A DNA stretch of 57,421 nt, counting the filler, from Dirinaria sp. TL-2023a (Eukaryota), in NCBI GenBank assembly GCA_051941275.1. It is 6 parts of 6 records of this genome, joined end to end, with 100 filler letters (N's around TTAATTAATTAA, not from the genome) between each part and the next. Parts side by side here need not be neighbours in the genome. Positions count along the whole stretch, not along the records: positions 19,193 to 28,679 come from JAVEBF010001046.1; positions 28,780 to 38,266 come from JAVEBF010001047.1; 4 more parts are not named here. The stretch is one strand, 5' to 3'. Each line of letters starts with the position of its first letter. Within the stretch, counting starts at the first letter, position 1. Positions 26,057-37,516 of this stretch are shown one piece after another. The notes under the pieces are model-generated. The model ran no database searches. It was not told where the DNA came from and saw only the letters and a program-made list of their open reading frames with translations. Made by a program: the position numbers and the translations under genes.

Positions 26057-28452
26057 ATGGCGACCGAGCCGCTTCCGCTAGAGAGTCATACCCAAAATAT
26101 GTCTCCTAACACGCCTTCCCCGTCCTCTCAATCTAAGAAACCGCAGCGGCTGCTTGCGTGTGTACTCTGCCAAAAGCGCAAGGTGAAGTGTGATCGAAAA
26201 GAGCCTTGCACGAATTGCCTGAAGTCAGAGTCGCAATGTGTGCCAGCAAGCCTAGCGCAGCGTCGACGAAGACGCAGATTTTCCGAGCGAGCGCTGCTGG
26301 AACGTCTTCGCAAATACGAAGACTTGCTCCGCCAGAACAGCATATCGTTCGAACCACTCCACAGGGATTCGGCTAGAGAGCAAGAGTCTCCAAATGCAGA
26401 GAATGGTGATCACTCCAACGATGAGCATCTGAGAACTGTAGGGCCAGGTTTGTCAACTACCTCTATCTCGACTACGACTAAGTCTGGACGAGGCTCTAGA
26501 CCCAAGTATGCGCTGTTCAAGAAGCTAATTCAAGATGACTAATTCTCTCAGGAACATCTGGCACGCCATAAGCCAAGGAGTATGACTATGTCGTATGAGA
26601 TTGAAGCGCTACTGACAATAGCAATAGTTCCGAGGCTCCGACAATGACAGTGACTCTTCGCTTGACGATGCAGGTGAGGCCGTGTTCAAGAAGGCATGGG
26701 ATCAATCGTACGAGAATAACGAATGGCTTCTATTTGGCTCGCGAACGACAATTGCCGAGCTTTCTATTCTACATCCCGATCCACTCCAGATATTTAGGCT
26801 TTGGCAGACGTATATAGAAAACGTAAACCCGCTGCTTAAGGTCACACATACTCCCAGCTTGCAAGAACGCTTTATAGAAGCTGCTAGTAATGTGAAGAAT
26901 ATCAAGCCCACTCTGGAGGCGCTCATGTTCAGTATCTACTGCACGTCCATTCAAAGTCTCGAAGCGAAAGACTGCCAAATATTATTTGGTCTCTCAAAGG
27001 ACGAGCTTTTGATGCGGTATCAGACCGCCTGTCAGCAAGCGCTGTTCAACTGTGGGTTTTTACGTTCCAGCGATCGTGATTGTTTGACCGCGTTATATCT
27101 CTACCTAGTCAGTCTGACCAGTGGCCGACCTCTTCGATCCTTGCTGACGATTTCAGGTCTCCGTCAGACCTAGCACAGTTCCTCAGTCTCTATCCTCCAT
27201 GCTTGGCGTCGCAGTTCGCATTGCGCAACGCATGGGTATTCACAGCGAGACGGCTCTAGCAACATGCACTATTTTTGAGGCCGAAATGCGCCGGAGACTC
27301 TGGTGGTCGCTTGTGCTCTTTGACACTCGCATCAGTGAGATTGCCAATTCTAAGATGGCAACGCTGGATCCCACGTGGGACTGCAAGATTCCTCTCAATG
27401 TGAGTGATTCTGACCTCCGGCCAGAGATGAAGAGGCCACCAGTGATTCAGAGAAATCCCACAGAGGCAATTTTTGCAGTTGTACGTAGTGAGGTAGGCGA
27501 ATTCATTCGCCACACGGGTTTTCACCTTGATTTAACCAGTCCGGCTTTAAAGGCTATCTCCAAACATCTTCAGAACGAGCCAAGTCAAGAAGGTGGTGAG
27601 CTAATCAAGCTGGAGGAGACGATTGAGGGCGAGTATCTCAAGTCCTGTGACCCAGAAAACCCAGTTCACTTCATGACAATCTGGACAACGCGAGCATACC
27701 TTGCTAAATGCCGCCTCCTGGAACACCACTCAAGGTACTCTAGCTCATCGATACGTCAGGCCGAGGCAGAGCGTGACGCTGCCACTTCTCACGCGCTTCG
27801 CATGCTTGAGTGCGACACGAAAATCATGACCTCACCCCTCACCAAAGGATTTCGTTGGCTGAATCACTTCTACTTCCCATTCCCAGCCTACATCCAGATC
27901 ACCCAAGACTTGAGAACGCGACCGACGAGCGAGCAAGCGCAGCAGGCGTGGGAAGTCATGAGTGACAACCATATGGTTTGGTTCAATGCTCAATGTCCAG
28001 AGGATAGTCCGTTTTTCCATATTTTCGCCAAGCTCGTCCTCCAGGCATGGGAAGCTTGCGAAGCAGCCTCCAAGCAATCAGGAAACACTTCCGAACCACC
28101 ACCACCACCCATTGTGGCATCCATCAGACACACACTGGCACAGACAGCAGCCACGCGAAATGCACAGAATCCCGATGACACCGAGCAGCCGAACACTCCT
28201 GTTACGGGCATGGAAACCGACGAGCTTCGGGTGCCGATGTCAACAGGCTTCACGAACCAGAACCTGCCATCTAGTGCGGGAATGCAGGACGGCTACGCAG
28301 TACCAGGAGGCCTCGATGTATACCCTGGCACATCAGGACAAGCTCCGTTCGATATCGCTACGAACCAATTGGACTGGACCGCGTCATGTGCACATTCGGA
28401 TTGGGAAGGTTGGCCCGGCTGGGGAGGCTGGCCCGGTTGGGGAGGCTGCTGA
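26057..28452 (+). CDS. Zn(II)2Cys6 transcription factor with fungal-specific TF (middle homology) domain
   Basis: ACVLCQKRKVKCDRKEPCTNCLKSESQC; LWQTYIENVNPLLKVTH; AVRIAQRMGIH, EMRRRLWW, PLNVSDSDL. Introns 26506-26551, 26580-26627, ~27108-27157. Confidence 0.92.
28408..28443 (+). repeat. 18-bp coding tandem duplication (GWPGWG x2) at TF C-terminus
   Basis: ggttggcccggctgggga followed by ggctggcccggttgggga. Confidence 0.8.
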
Positions 28453-28679
28453 GTGAGAGAAGTTTTTCATCCCAAAAATCGATGTTGCTGCGTCCTGAAG
28501 GATTTAAATCCCTCTCGTATCGTCAAGAATGATGAACTCCCTCGCATTCATATGTAAACTAACATCGCAATGCATTTTACATAACATTAGAAATTGTACT
28601 TTATTGAAGAACACAGTAGAGAGAGAGAGAAATAGTCGGCTGAATGCAGTTTTCCGTTCAATATCAATATCCATCCTCC

Positions 28680-28779
28680 NNNNNNNNNNNNNNNNNNNNN
28701 NNNNNNNNNNNNNNNNNNNNNNNTTAATTAATTAANNNNNNNNNNNNNNNNNNNNNNNNNNNNNNNNNNNNNNNNNNNN
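28680..28779. other. Artificial contig linker
   Basis: N44-TTAATTAATTAA-N44. Confidence 0.98.
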
Positions 28780-28917
28780 ATGTACCTGGTTCCACAACTT
28801 TGTCCGAAGTGACACACAAGTCGATAGCTACTGCGAGCATTCCATCCCCATCTCCCAGGTAAGTCTGCCTCAGATACTGGAGTCATCCCAATCATATCCC
28901 CCAGATAATCCCAAATC

Positions 28918-29701
28918 TTACATACGACTCTCGCCCTTTGGATCCGTGACCTTCTTTAAGTCCTTCGTAATTGGGACTTGAACGTCTCTGACGGAGGAAT
29001 CGCACACCGTGCCGTTCTTCTTGGTGTAGCAGGTCAGATCGAGGGCTGCCGTGCCTTGGGCTGTAATGTTTACTCTGCGCCGATAATTCCACTATCAGCC
29101 CTTGATTCCATACATAATTGAAAGTAAACACCCAACCCAAAGATCCTTGTTCACATGGTTCCCAACAAAAGAGAGATGAAGAAAAGAGGGAGATGGGGGG
29201 GATTTGGAGTGCGAACATACCCATTACAGACCTGGTTGTATTTGAGAGAGATATAACTGCCTGCGAAGAGGTACATTATGCTCTTGTTCTGGCAGTGGTA
29301 GTAGGACTTGAAATCCACAGCCGACGTATATCTATGCATGACCATTAACCAAGAGACCAAAAAGAGGAAAAGGACAGAAACCCTCACGCTCCCTTTCCCC
29401 TCCCCATCACCGCCCTAGCACACAAACTCTTCACATGCGAGTTCGGATCCTCAAAATAAAAATAGAAATAGGACGCCACCTTCTTAACAGTCGGCAACGC
29501 AGTAAAAAAAGAGAGATCCCCCACGCTCCAAGGCAAAGCGGTGCATTCAGCGGAGGAATGTGCATGTACTTCGGAGGTATTGGGAGAATGCGCGGGGCTG
29601 TGGTGGGTAGAATTCTGCACCGCGGGGCCTGGGTGTGGGAACGCGGAGATGGATTCTAGGATTGTGAGCAAGACGAGCAGGAGAGAGGGGAGGAGATGCA
29701 T
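28918..29701 (-). CDS. Small secreted Cys-containing protein, Alt a 1 (AA1)-like fold candidate
   Basis: Signal peptide MHLLPSLLLVLLTILESISA. Introns 29332-29387 and 29075-29220 join three ORF fragments: C-x-WSVGD..FYFEDPN..C / YYHCQN..YLFAG..C / GVNITAQGTAALDLTCYTKKNGTVC...SRM*. Confidence 0.75.
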
Positions 29702-30460
29702 CTTTCTCTCCGATGTTTGCGGTTGAAGGGAACTCGGGGGATAAAGTTAAGGGGAAGAATTGAGAGTTGGTTAAGAGAAGAGGGGTGGAGGAGTCGGCCT
29801 GCCATGACGGGCAATTTATGTCGACGGGGGGGCAACTGTATGAAGGCGCGCAAGGAAGACTCGTGCACTTGCTAGGTGAAGGTTCTTGTAACTCGATACT
29901 GGGAATCGGATTGGAGAGTGAATACATGAAGGGAAGTCAGCCGGGATTGGAATTGGAATTGGAATGTTGAAGGGATTTGCAGACTCGAGGCCAAGTGCTT
30001 ACCCTTCAAGAAGCCGTTTCCATCTGTAGATTGTGTACGAGGTACGACCATGGCATGAGGGTGACTGAATGCCACGCACTTATCGGGACCGATGGCCTTC
30101 GCATGAGGATGTTGTGCCTGGAACGGCGCTAGTGAGACAGCGATGCGATGATGATGATGATGGGGTCAGGACCACATCTTGGGGGCAATGAATAATACCA
30201 TTGCCTCTTAGATAAGTTATGTAGAAAAATCATAAATACAATGCTTCATCTGGGAAAATCTCGCCAGATTCCGAAGCTGGTATCGCGCGCGCTCTCTCTC
30301 TCTCCAAAAAAAAAAAAAAAAAAAAAAAAAAATTGGGAAACGCCTCTTCACTCAAAAGAGACCCATGTCTAATGTAATCTGGTGCATCCACGTCAAAATA
30401 AAGGGGGAAAGGGTTCGTCTCCACAAGAGGCTATACATGATCTTCCATAAGCTAGATAGC

Positions 30461-32366
30461 TCAATCCTCGTCCTGGCCTAATCGCTTATAATTGCCCGTC
30501 TGCCCATTACCGCTTTTGCCTTCGCTCCTACCCCGGTTGGCGAGTCGAGAGATCCAACCACCGATGCCTTCGGAACGAGACTCCTCCGGAGGCTTTCCGT
30601 CCTGTGCGTTGGGTGGGTTGATATCCAGACCAGGGATAGCGTTGTCTGCGCCTAGGTTTCCGAATTGACCTCTTCGAATGTCGAGCGATGGCACGGGCGA
30701 TCGAGCGCTCATGAGTGAGTCAACCTCGGCTTGCTGGGCAGGCGTGGGCATTGCGGTGGTAGCATCCCCGAAAATCTGGTCCATGTCCTCCAAACGCACG
30801 TTTGCCGTTTCAGGATATATGAAGTACACTATGCGGTGGTTAGCATCTTGGCATACGGATGGCTTTGGAGTGGTATGAGCTTACCAAGAACGAAGCTCAC
30901 GGCGCAGAAAAAGGCATGCACAAGGTACAACCGCCACTTGATCCATTCCTGCAGAATGGGTGTCATTTCGCCGACGATCCAATTGCAGGCCCAGTTAGCC
31001 GCCGTACTCAAACTTGCGCCTTTGGCACGAATGCTAAGCGGTAGGATTTCCGGCGGATATAACCAAGGTATCGGCCCCCAGGAAGCTCCAAATGAGGCAT
31101 TGTAGATCATGACGAATATGACAGTCAGTAAAGGCGTGTAGTGAACATCGATGAAGATAAAATATGATATGGCCGAAAGCGATAGAATCATAGCGACAGC
31201 ACCGGAGAGGAGGATCATACGTCGACCCCATCGATCCACCAGGTACCATGGAGGTATGGTCGAAAGAAGATAGGTGATACCGTTGATACCCGTCATCAGG
31301 ATCGCCTCTCGTCCAACCCAGCCAGCGGATTCGAACACGAGCGGCGCATAATACGATATGACGTTGATGCCATTGAGTTGAGCCAACGCTTGTGCAGACA
31401 TAGCGATGAAGAGTCGTTTGTAGTATTTTCTGAACATTTCGTAATATGTCCTTTCACCTTCTTGTCGTTGTAAGAGCACGTTCATCTTGATCTCTCGGTA
31501 TTCTTGTCTCGCCTTGTCATTGTGGATGTCACCGCCTCCATAAAGATTGGCAATGACTACTATGCCTTCCTCGTCATGATCATTATCGAGCAGCCATCTA
31601 GGTAAAGGATCAGCACTCCAGGAAAGAACGATCTTAAAGGGGATATGTACCTTGGTGACTCGCAAATGATCAGGCTTCCCAGACCCAGGAGCAGACCCAT
31701 GAAACATTGCAGCAGGAGTGGCACTCGCCAGGCGTAATCATTCGGGATGTAGCTAGAAAAGTAGTCTACCCAGACACTGGCAGCGTACCCCGAGATGTTG
31801 CCTGTAAATTCGATACATGCGAGCTTGCCCCGGTTATGAGGAGGTGAGATCTCTGATTGGTAAACGGGTACGATTGTCGATAGTGCACCGACGCCAAGAC
31901 CAGCAATGATACGGCCGAGGATCATCATGGGCATGCCGTTCGCAAATGTCTGGAGCCCACCTCCAACGAAAAAGACAATGGAGCCGTATAGGATCGTCTT
32001 TCTCCGCCCTATCACGTCACCTATTCGTCCCACGCTGAGTGATGCGACTAGCGCTCCAATTTCGAGGATAGCAACCATAGTACCGATTTCGGCTCTTGTA
32101 GGCTGGTTGAAGTAGTCGATAAAGAACGAGCCCCTAATCCATAAACCCCGTCAGCAACTGCTCAGGCAGAGGGAATGGATGCACAATACGTTATTATGCC
32201 CGACATTACACCTTGGTCATATCCAAAGAGAAACACCCCCAGCGAGACAAACACGCTGGTAAAATATCTGCTGTGCATTAGCCATTGCCATTGGAATTGA
32301 TGTTTCCCATGTGCCATACAGCAAAGGCTTGCCCGTGAGCCCATGGCTCCCTACCCGGCCCGTCAT
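30461..32366 (-). CDS. MFS sugar porter (monosaccharide transporter); coordinates run from the first in-frame AUG, possible non-AUG extension to ~32918
   Basis: FLFGYDQGVMSG, IGRRK, PVYQSEISPP, ESPRWL, QLNGINVISYY, VDRWGRR, SWGPIPWLYPPE, YPETAN. Introns ~32268-32319, ~32134-32189, ~31598-31651, ~30829-30884. Confidence 0.92.
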
Positions 32367-34465
32367 GATGGTAGCAAGAATTTTTTCTGTCCGGCCAATC
32401 GTCCTCGGCGGAGGCTCCGGTATTTCAATAGCCTCCTTATCGACTCCAGGATTGGTGGTCTTTCGGTGTAGATGATCTTGTGGAGCGTAACGAACCTCCT
32501 TGTGCCGCCGACTCCCCTGTCTTGAACCGGACCGGCGACGAGTCTCTGCCTCGTACGAGCGGCGTAGCCTGATCTGTAGCGGGTCCTCCTCGTTGGCAAG
32601 CTGCTCGGCGAGATCTCCCGTGTCGCTCCAGAGGGAAAAGTCGGAGCCCGCAGATTCCGAGGATGGCCGGCCCTCTCGTTTCTCGTCAGAGGAATGCAGC
32701 AGCGACGCCGAATGGTCGTCGTCAGAGCGAGAAGGGGTGGTGAGATTGCGGAGGGGAATGGCAGCGGCGGTATGCTTTGAGGAAGGAATTGTGCCGGTGG
32801 TGAGTGGGCTGACCTGTGGCAGCCCTTGTGCCAGTTCCCTGGGACGGCCAAATATGTGTACTAGTTTAAGAGGGTGAAAATACACGTGGAATGTCGGCTG
32901 CAGGATCGTGTGAGGAGGTCACGGATTGTGGGGACAGGGTCTTGAGGGTCTCGCATCGGAGCAGAAGCTACTAAACAACAACTGGACAACTAGTCCTCTT
33001 AGAATTCTTGAAGTGGGAAAAAAAACTAGTGGACTATTCTGAGGGGGAGGCTGATGCAGGGAGAGTCTTTCGGACCGTGAGCAGAGAGAGTCGCGCTGGG
33101 CGAATAGAGAACAGCAGAGCCACACTAATACTGCAGCATTTAGCCACCTGCAGACTGACTCTGCTTTTTTCTCTTTGTACCGTGCTGAGAGTTTCGGTAC
33201 CTAGTTGCTGACTAACACGCAAGCAGCCATGGATCAATAGATGGAGTATTAGTATTTCCAGGGTCCAAAGGGTCCACACACCATGTCGTCCAAGACTTCG
33301 GTAGAGTCAGCAAGAATTCTCAACTACTGTACTGCTTAAGATTCGTCCGAGGTTTGCCCTGCCCTCTTAATTACTCTTCTGCTTTCGGCATAAGTATCTA
33401 CTGTACGCTTCGCACACAGGCAACGTGTTCTGTAGCATGAGACAACAAAGCCATGCACCGCCCTACAGCCCTTTCTACCAGCTGAATGATCACCACGTGG
33501 TCTATATATGAACACCTGGTAAAGACAAAAGCCCTCTGCAGAGAAGAGCCTTGGGCCAGCACGCCTACAATCCCCACGACCGACCCCACGCTTCCAAAAG
33601 TACGGAAGGCCGGCACCGCAACCCGTCATTAAAGTAGGTAATCAACTAATAACAATTGAAAGCATCATACAAGCATTTGAAGATCGCGTAGGTCGCCCTC
33701 AACCCCAAGCCAAGCCCTAGATCCCGCAAAACCGCCTCTGTCCCTCAAAAAAAGCAATATTTCCCCTCCCCTCCCATTACCTTATTTCAGGTATTCCTCG
33801 GAGGTGTCCTTGAAAAAACGTCAGGTGACTTCTGACCCGGACCCCGGCTACAGCGTTCCGCGTGCGAACACCACATGCATAGCTAATCCACCAATCCACC
33901 AGTCCACCGAGCTGGTCCAAAGACCGATCGATACCTTACCTCAGTATCCCCGGCTGGCTCCGGTTACAATCGAATAAACTACACATACATTATGTTACCA
34001 TGAGCTCGCCCTTGCAGAAAGGCGCACTCAAATTTTCTTCATTAACCATAATCATGTGTTTTGCAGCACAGTAAAGGCCCATTATCATGTTTGGGCGTGG
34101 CCAGTATCTGTTGTCTAATTCCTTGAGTCTTGTCGATTGCTGCTGGGAGAATGCTTGCGTGACTGTATCTACAGACTTTGACCCGGATCGAAGCCTGCAA
34201 TATCGACCGCATCTGAAGCAATGTGGATGATTCCAATAGAAGGATGATGAGGACTTCAATATTAATACAATCGAATAATAATAAGACCAATGCACTTCCT
34301 TCATCACCAGCCATGTGGTGGTGATTCAAACATCAAGACTTTTGAGTCCAAACCAACCAATGCCATGCTCACCGTGTGCCTTCGACCTTTTCCTTCCCCG
34401 GCCTCTTGCAACACCACAACGGCGCCTACCTGCCTCTAATCGCCACGCGACGTAATAGCTGGCTC

Positions 34466-35195
34466 TCAATCCTCACCGACGGGCTCCATCTTCAGCTCAA
34501 CCTGAGCGCAAGTAGGGACTGAGTAGTTATAGCTCGGGTAGTCCACCTTCCAGAACAGCTGCGGAAGGCCATGCCACCAGTCGCAGGCGAGCCAGCCTCC
34601 GAAACTCTGTCCGTGTAACCATTGCAAGCCCGACTCGTTGTACCAAAGGCCCGAGGTTGCCATGCCTGCGTTGATGTAGACGAACTCCCAGCCTTTGAGC
34701 ACAACATGGTCAGCCGTTGGCATCCCTGCGAGGAGGTGTACAACATGAAAGGGTGTAGTGTTGTCGGAGGAATGGACGGATCAAAGGTAAGACACACCAG
34801 CATAGTTGGTATCAGAAGGCAAATAGAAGCTCCATGGAAAGTCCGTGCTCATGTTAAAGGTCTGGTAGGTGTTGTTCAAGTAGGCAGGCCGAGCGCTGGC
34901 CTTCTGGCCGAGCACAGCGTCATTGAGGCCGGCGCCTGGAAGACGACGGTAAGCTTCGTTTTGTGTTTTACTTTCCGAGTCCCAAAGAGATGCTGCTCCT
35001 ACCAGTGTGATAAGCCCACACATAGAGGCCATCTTTCGCGGGATCGCCCCCAGGGAGAACCTTTGTCTTCAGGTAATACGGGCCGGTGATGTTGTTCTCT
35101 GCGCGCTTCGCGAGCTCAGGAGAGGAGATGACGGAGGCAGAGGAGAAATAACTCAAGAAAAAGGGGAGAAAGGCAACGAGGTGGGAGAACTTCAT
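34466..35195 (-). CDS. Small secreted fungal protein of unknown function (YHTGAG...GWLACDWWHG type)
   Basis: Signal peptide, then a KR (Kex2-like) site. Introns 34936-35002 and 34693-34797 give YHTGAGLNDAVL...YAGWEFVYINAG...FGGWLACDWWHGLPQLFW...CAQVEL. Confidence 0.82.
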
Positions 35196-35760
35196 GATGA
35201 TGGCTCGACGATTCTGCTCTGAATCGGCGGGTTTGATGAAGGAGTGCTTTCTGTAAGACTGTCAGCTAGAAGGTAAGCACTGAGAGGTAATGGGTTTAAG
35301 ATGTTCACTTTCAAGAAGATGTCAAGAAACTAGCCTGATATGCAAATCTAGGTAGATGTTCCGTTCTGCAGCGATTGGTCGATGTACGGCTTGCGTGGTA
35401 AGTCAGGTACAATCACGTTGAGCTGCAGGCTATTTGCTTTTGGGCAAACTAGGCACGTGATGAGATATCGAGGGACTGGTCAGGTTTGTTATCCTGTGGG
35501 TAACGATGGAATATTGCTTGATCTCGCAACGAGCTGGGTGATGACTCGGATGTAAAGAAATACAGAGATCAGGATACAAAAGGAGCTCGATTGTTCATGA
35601 TTCATAAGGTAAGGAACAGCCGTAAAAAATCACTACGCTCCTTCCCTGGATACCACCATAGCTCAAAATGCAACATCAAAGGGTTTGCGAAGAAGCCAAG
35701 ATCCTTTACGAGGCAAGTGACGCGCAGCTTCCCCACGTTCTGAAAAAACGGATCTGACTT

Positions 35761-36270
35761 TTACCTTCCTGTCTTAGGTACTGTACCTTACCTTACTGAA
35801 CCTTACTGGACCTTACCTTAATGCAAGCAGCCGTTATAAGTACATGCCACCTCAGGATGAAACATCATGAATGAGATTGTGTCCATTGAGCTTTGCCGCT
35901 CTATCAAGCGGTGACAAAGACAATCTCCATACGGTAAAGTCATCCTGAGCGGTCTGCTGGAGTAGGTTCCCTGTGCCTCAAACGAGACAGCGCCGAAACC
36001 TGAGAGAGAGATCGGTAGACCGTCAAGCCCAGATGCTAAGTAAGTAAGCAAGGAAGGTACCTGAGATCGTGAATGAGGTAGGTACCTTAAAAGCCGTGGG
36101 CTGCCGACGTAATTTCAACGTAAAATAAGGTAAGGTAAGGTATCACCACCAGTAAGGTACCTTACGTCACGGTGCAAGAACCGCTGATTCTTGGATCCTT
36201 AGTACTACATGTACCTTACCTTATGCATGTAGTGTAAGGTACAATAAGGTCATACCTTACCTACCTTATC
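35761..36270. repeat. Cluster of TAAGG/CCTTA pentamer repeats and palindromes
   Basis: taccttaccttactgaaccttactggaccttacctta (~35784-35820), taaggtaaggtaaggta (36126-36142), perfect palindrome GTAAGGTACCTTAC (36152-36165), further copies to 36270. Confidence 0.75.
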
Positions 36271-36813
36271 TCAGATGGGGTGGGCTAAGCTCGTACACGC
36301 CGGAAAGGAAAAGGCACAGAGCGCGGTTTAGAGGAAAATCGACCTAGACGGTTGATCTCAGGTAGAAAAGCTTCAACTGTCGAACAACTTCCCCCTTGTC
36401 TCCTTAACATGTGCTTAGCATGAGACTGTGAAAAGCCTTTTAGGGTTACCTTACCATCCAAGGCCGGGGATCCTCATGATACTGGTACGAGTACGAGTCA
36501 CCAGCTAACCTCTACTTACATACAAAGATCTCACCCATGCTTGTTTCCCTTCTCCATCCACCCCGCATTTCCCCGGATCCCCGGCATTCTTGTCTCCGTC
36601 ACTTCTTGCCGCACTATTGTCTTCACTTGCTAATCTGGCGATGCTCCATTGGCTCTTCCAGTTTCAATGAATCTCGAACCCTACCGTAGGTCATGTACAA
36701 TCCTGACACACTCCGGCCTTATCTTGCAGCCAGTGCGGTCCAGTGTAACCCAGCGATTTCCGCTATTTCCGCCTATGGTAGCGTGTCTTAGTGTGTGCTA
36801 GCAAAACTTTCCG

Positions 36814-37458
36814 TCACCTCCGATCGCAACTGTGAAGCGCCAGTACTGCGTTCACTTTCTCCTGCGGCGTCAGCTGCTGGAAGATATGATCCACAATTTC
36901 GTACGGGTATCTTATCAGAACGCCGTAGAGTGTGCGACCGTTGCCAAGCCAGGGGCCAAGCTGGGGGAGCGGCCGAACTAGAAGATGGCTGCTCGCTGGA
37001 GGTAAGATTCCAAGAGGGCTGAAAATGAAGTAGAGAGCGCTAAACAGCCGCTCGAGACTGGGCATGTCCAAATTTCCAATGATCTGGAGCCAGAGCTCGC
37101 TGGGAACGGAGAATATGGGGCCGTTGCGGAGGAAAGCGGTGGAATGCAAGACGGACGAAGGAGCATGGTTGGGCCACCCGGCTTGGTTTGGAGTGTGGCC
37201 GCTGGGGCTTCCATAGGCAGGCGGCAATGATGAGCTAGAGGTAGGCTGTGGCGGGTCAAGGGCCATGTGCTGGTCCAGTAACTGGCTTGGTCGCGAAGAA
37301 GCGTTGCTGGCGAAGGTGGAGCTCGTTGGAACTTCTGAGAAATCCGAGTCGCGTTTAGAGCCTTGATCATGCATACTGAGACGCCAACGGATTGAGCGCT
37401 CAGCAAGCAGCGTAATCTCCCACCTTCTAGACTCAAGCAAACTTCTGTTCTCCTCCAA
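36814..37458 (-). CDS. Hypothetical 214-aa protein with two F-box-like motifs
   Basis: Intronless ATG ORF; IFSVPSELWLQIIGNL and LIRYPYEIVDHIFQQL resemble the F-box LPxEIxxxIxxxL pattern. TATATA ~35 nt upstream. Confidence 0.55.
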   Translation of the reverse strand: MEENRSLLESRRWEITLLAERSIRWRLSMHDQGSKRDSDFSEVPTSSTFASNASSRPSQLLDQHMALDPPQPTSSSSLPPAYGSPSGHTPNQAGWPNHAPSSVLHSTAFLRNGPIFSVPSELWLQIIGNLDMPSLERLFSALYFIFSPLGILPPASSHLLVRPLPQLGPWLGNGRTLYGVLIRYPYEIVDHIFQQLTPQEKVNAVLALHSCDRR

Positions 37459-37516
37459 TGGAACAAGTTGTGACTTTATCTGAACACCGATATATAGCGT
37501 GAGGTTGTCGCTGACG

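Noticed and set aside
30284..30331. (GC)n(TC)n(A)n tract and other homopolymer runs
   Set aside because: Ordinary low-complexity 3'/intergenic microsatellites.
36561..36584. Three CreA-like SYGGRG sites
   Set aside because: The 6-mer is common and lies ~1.4 kb from the nearest start codon pointing away from it; not supportable alone.
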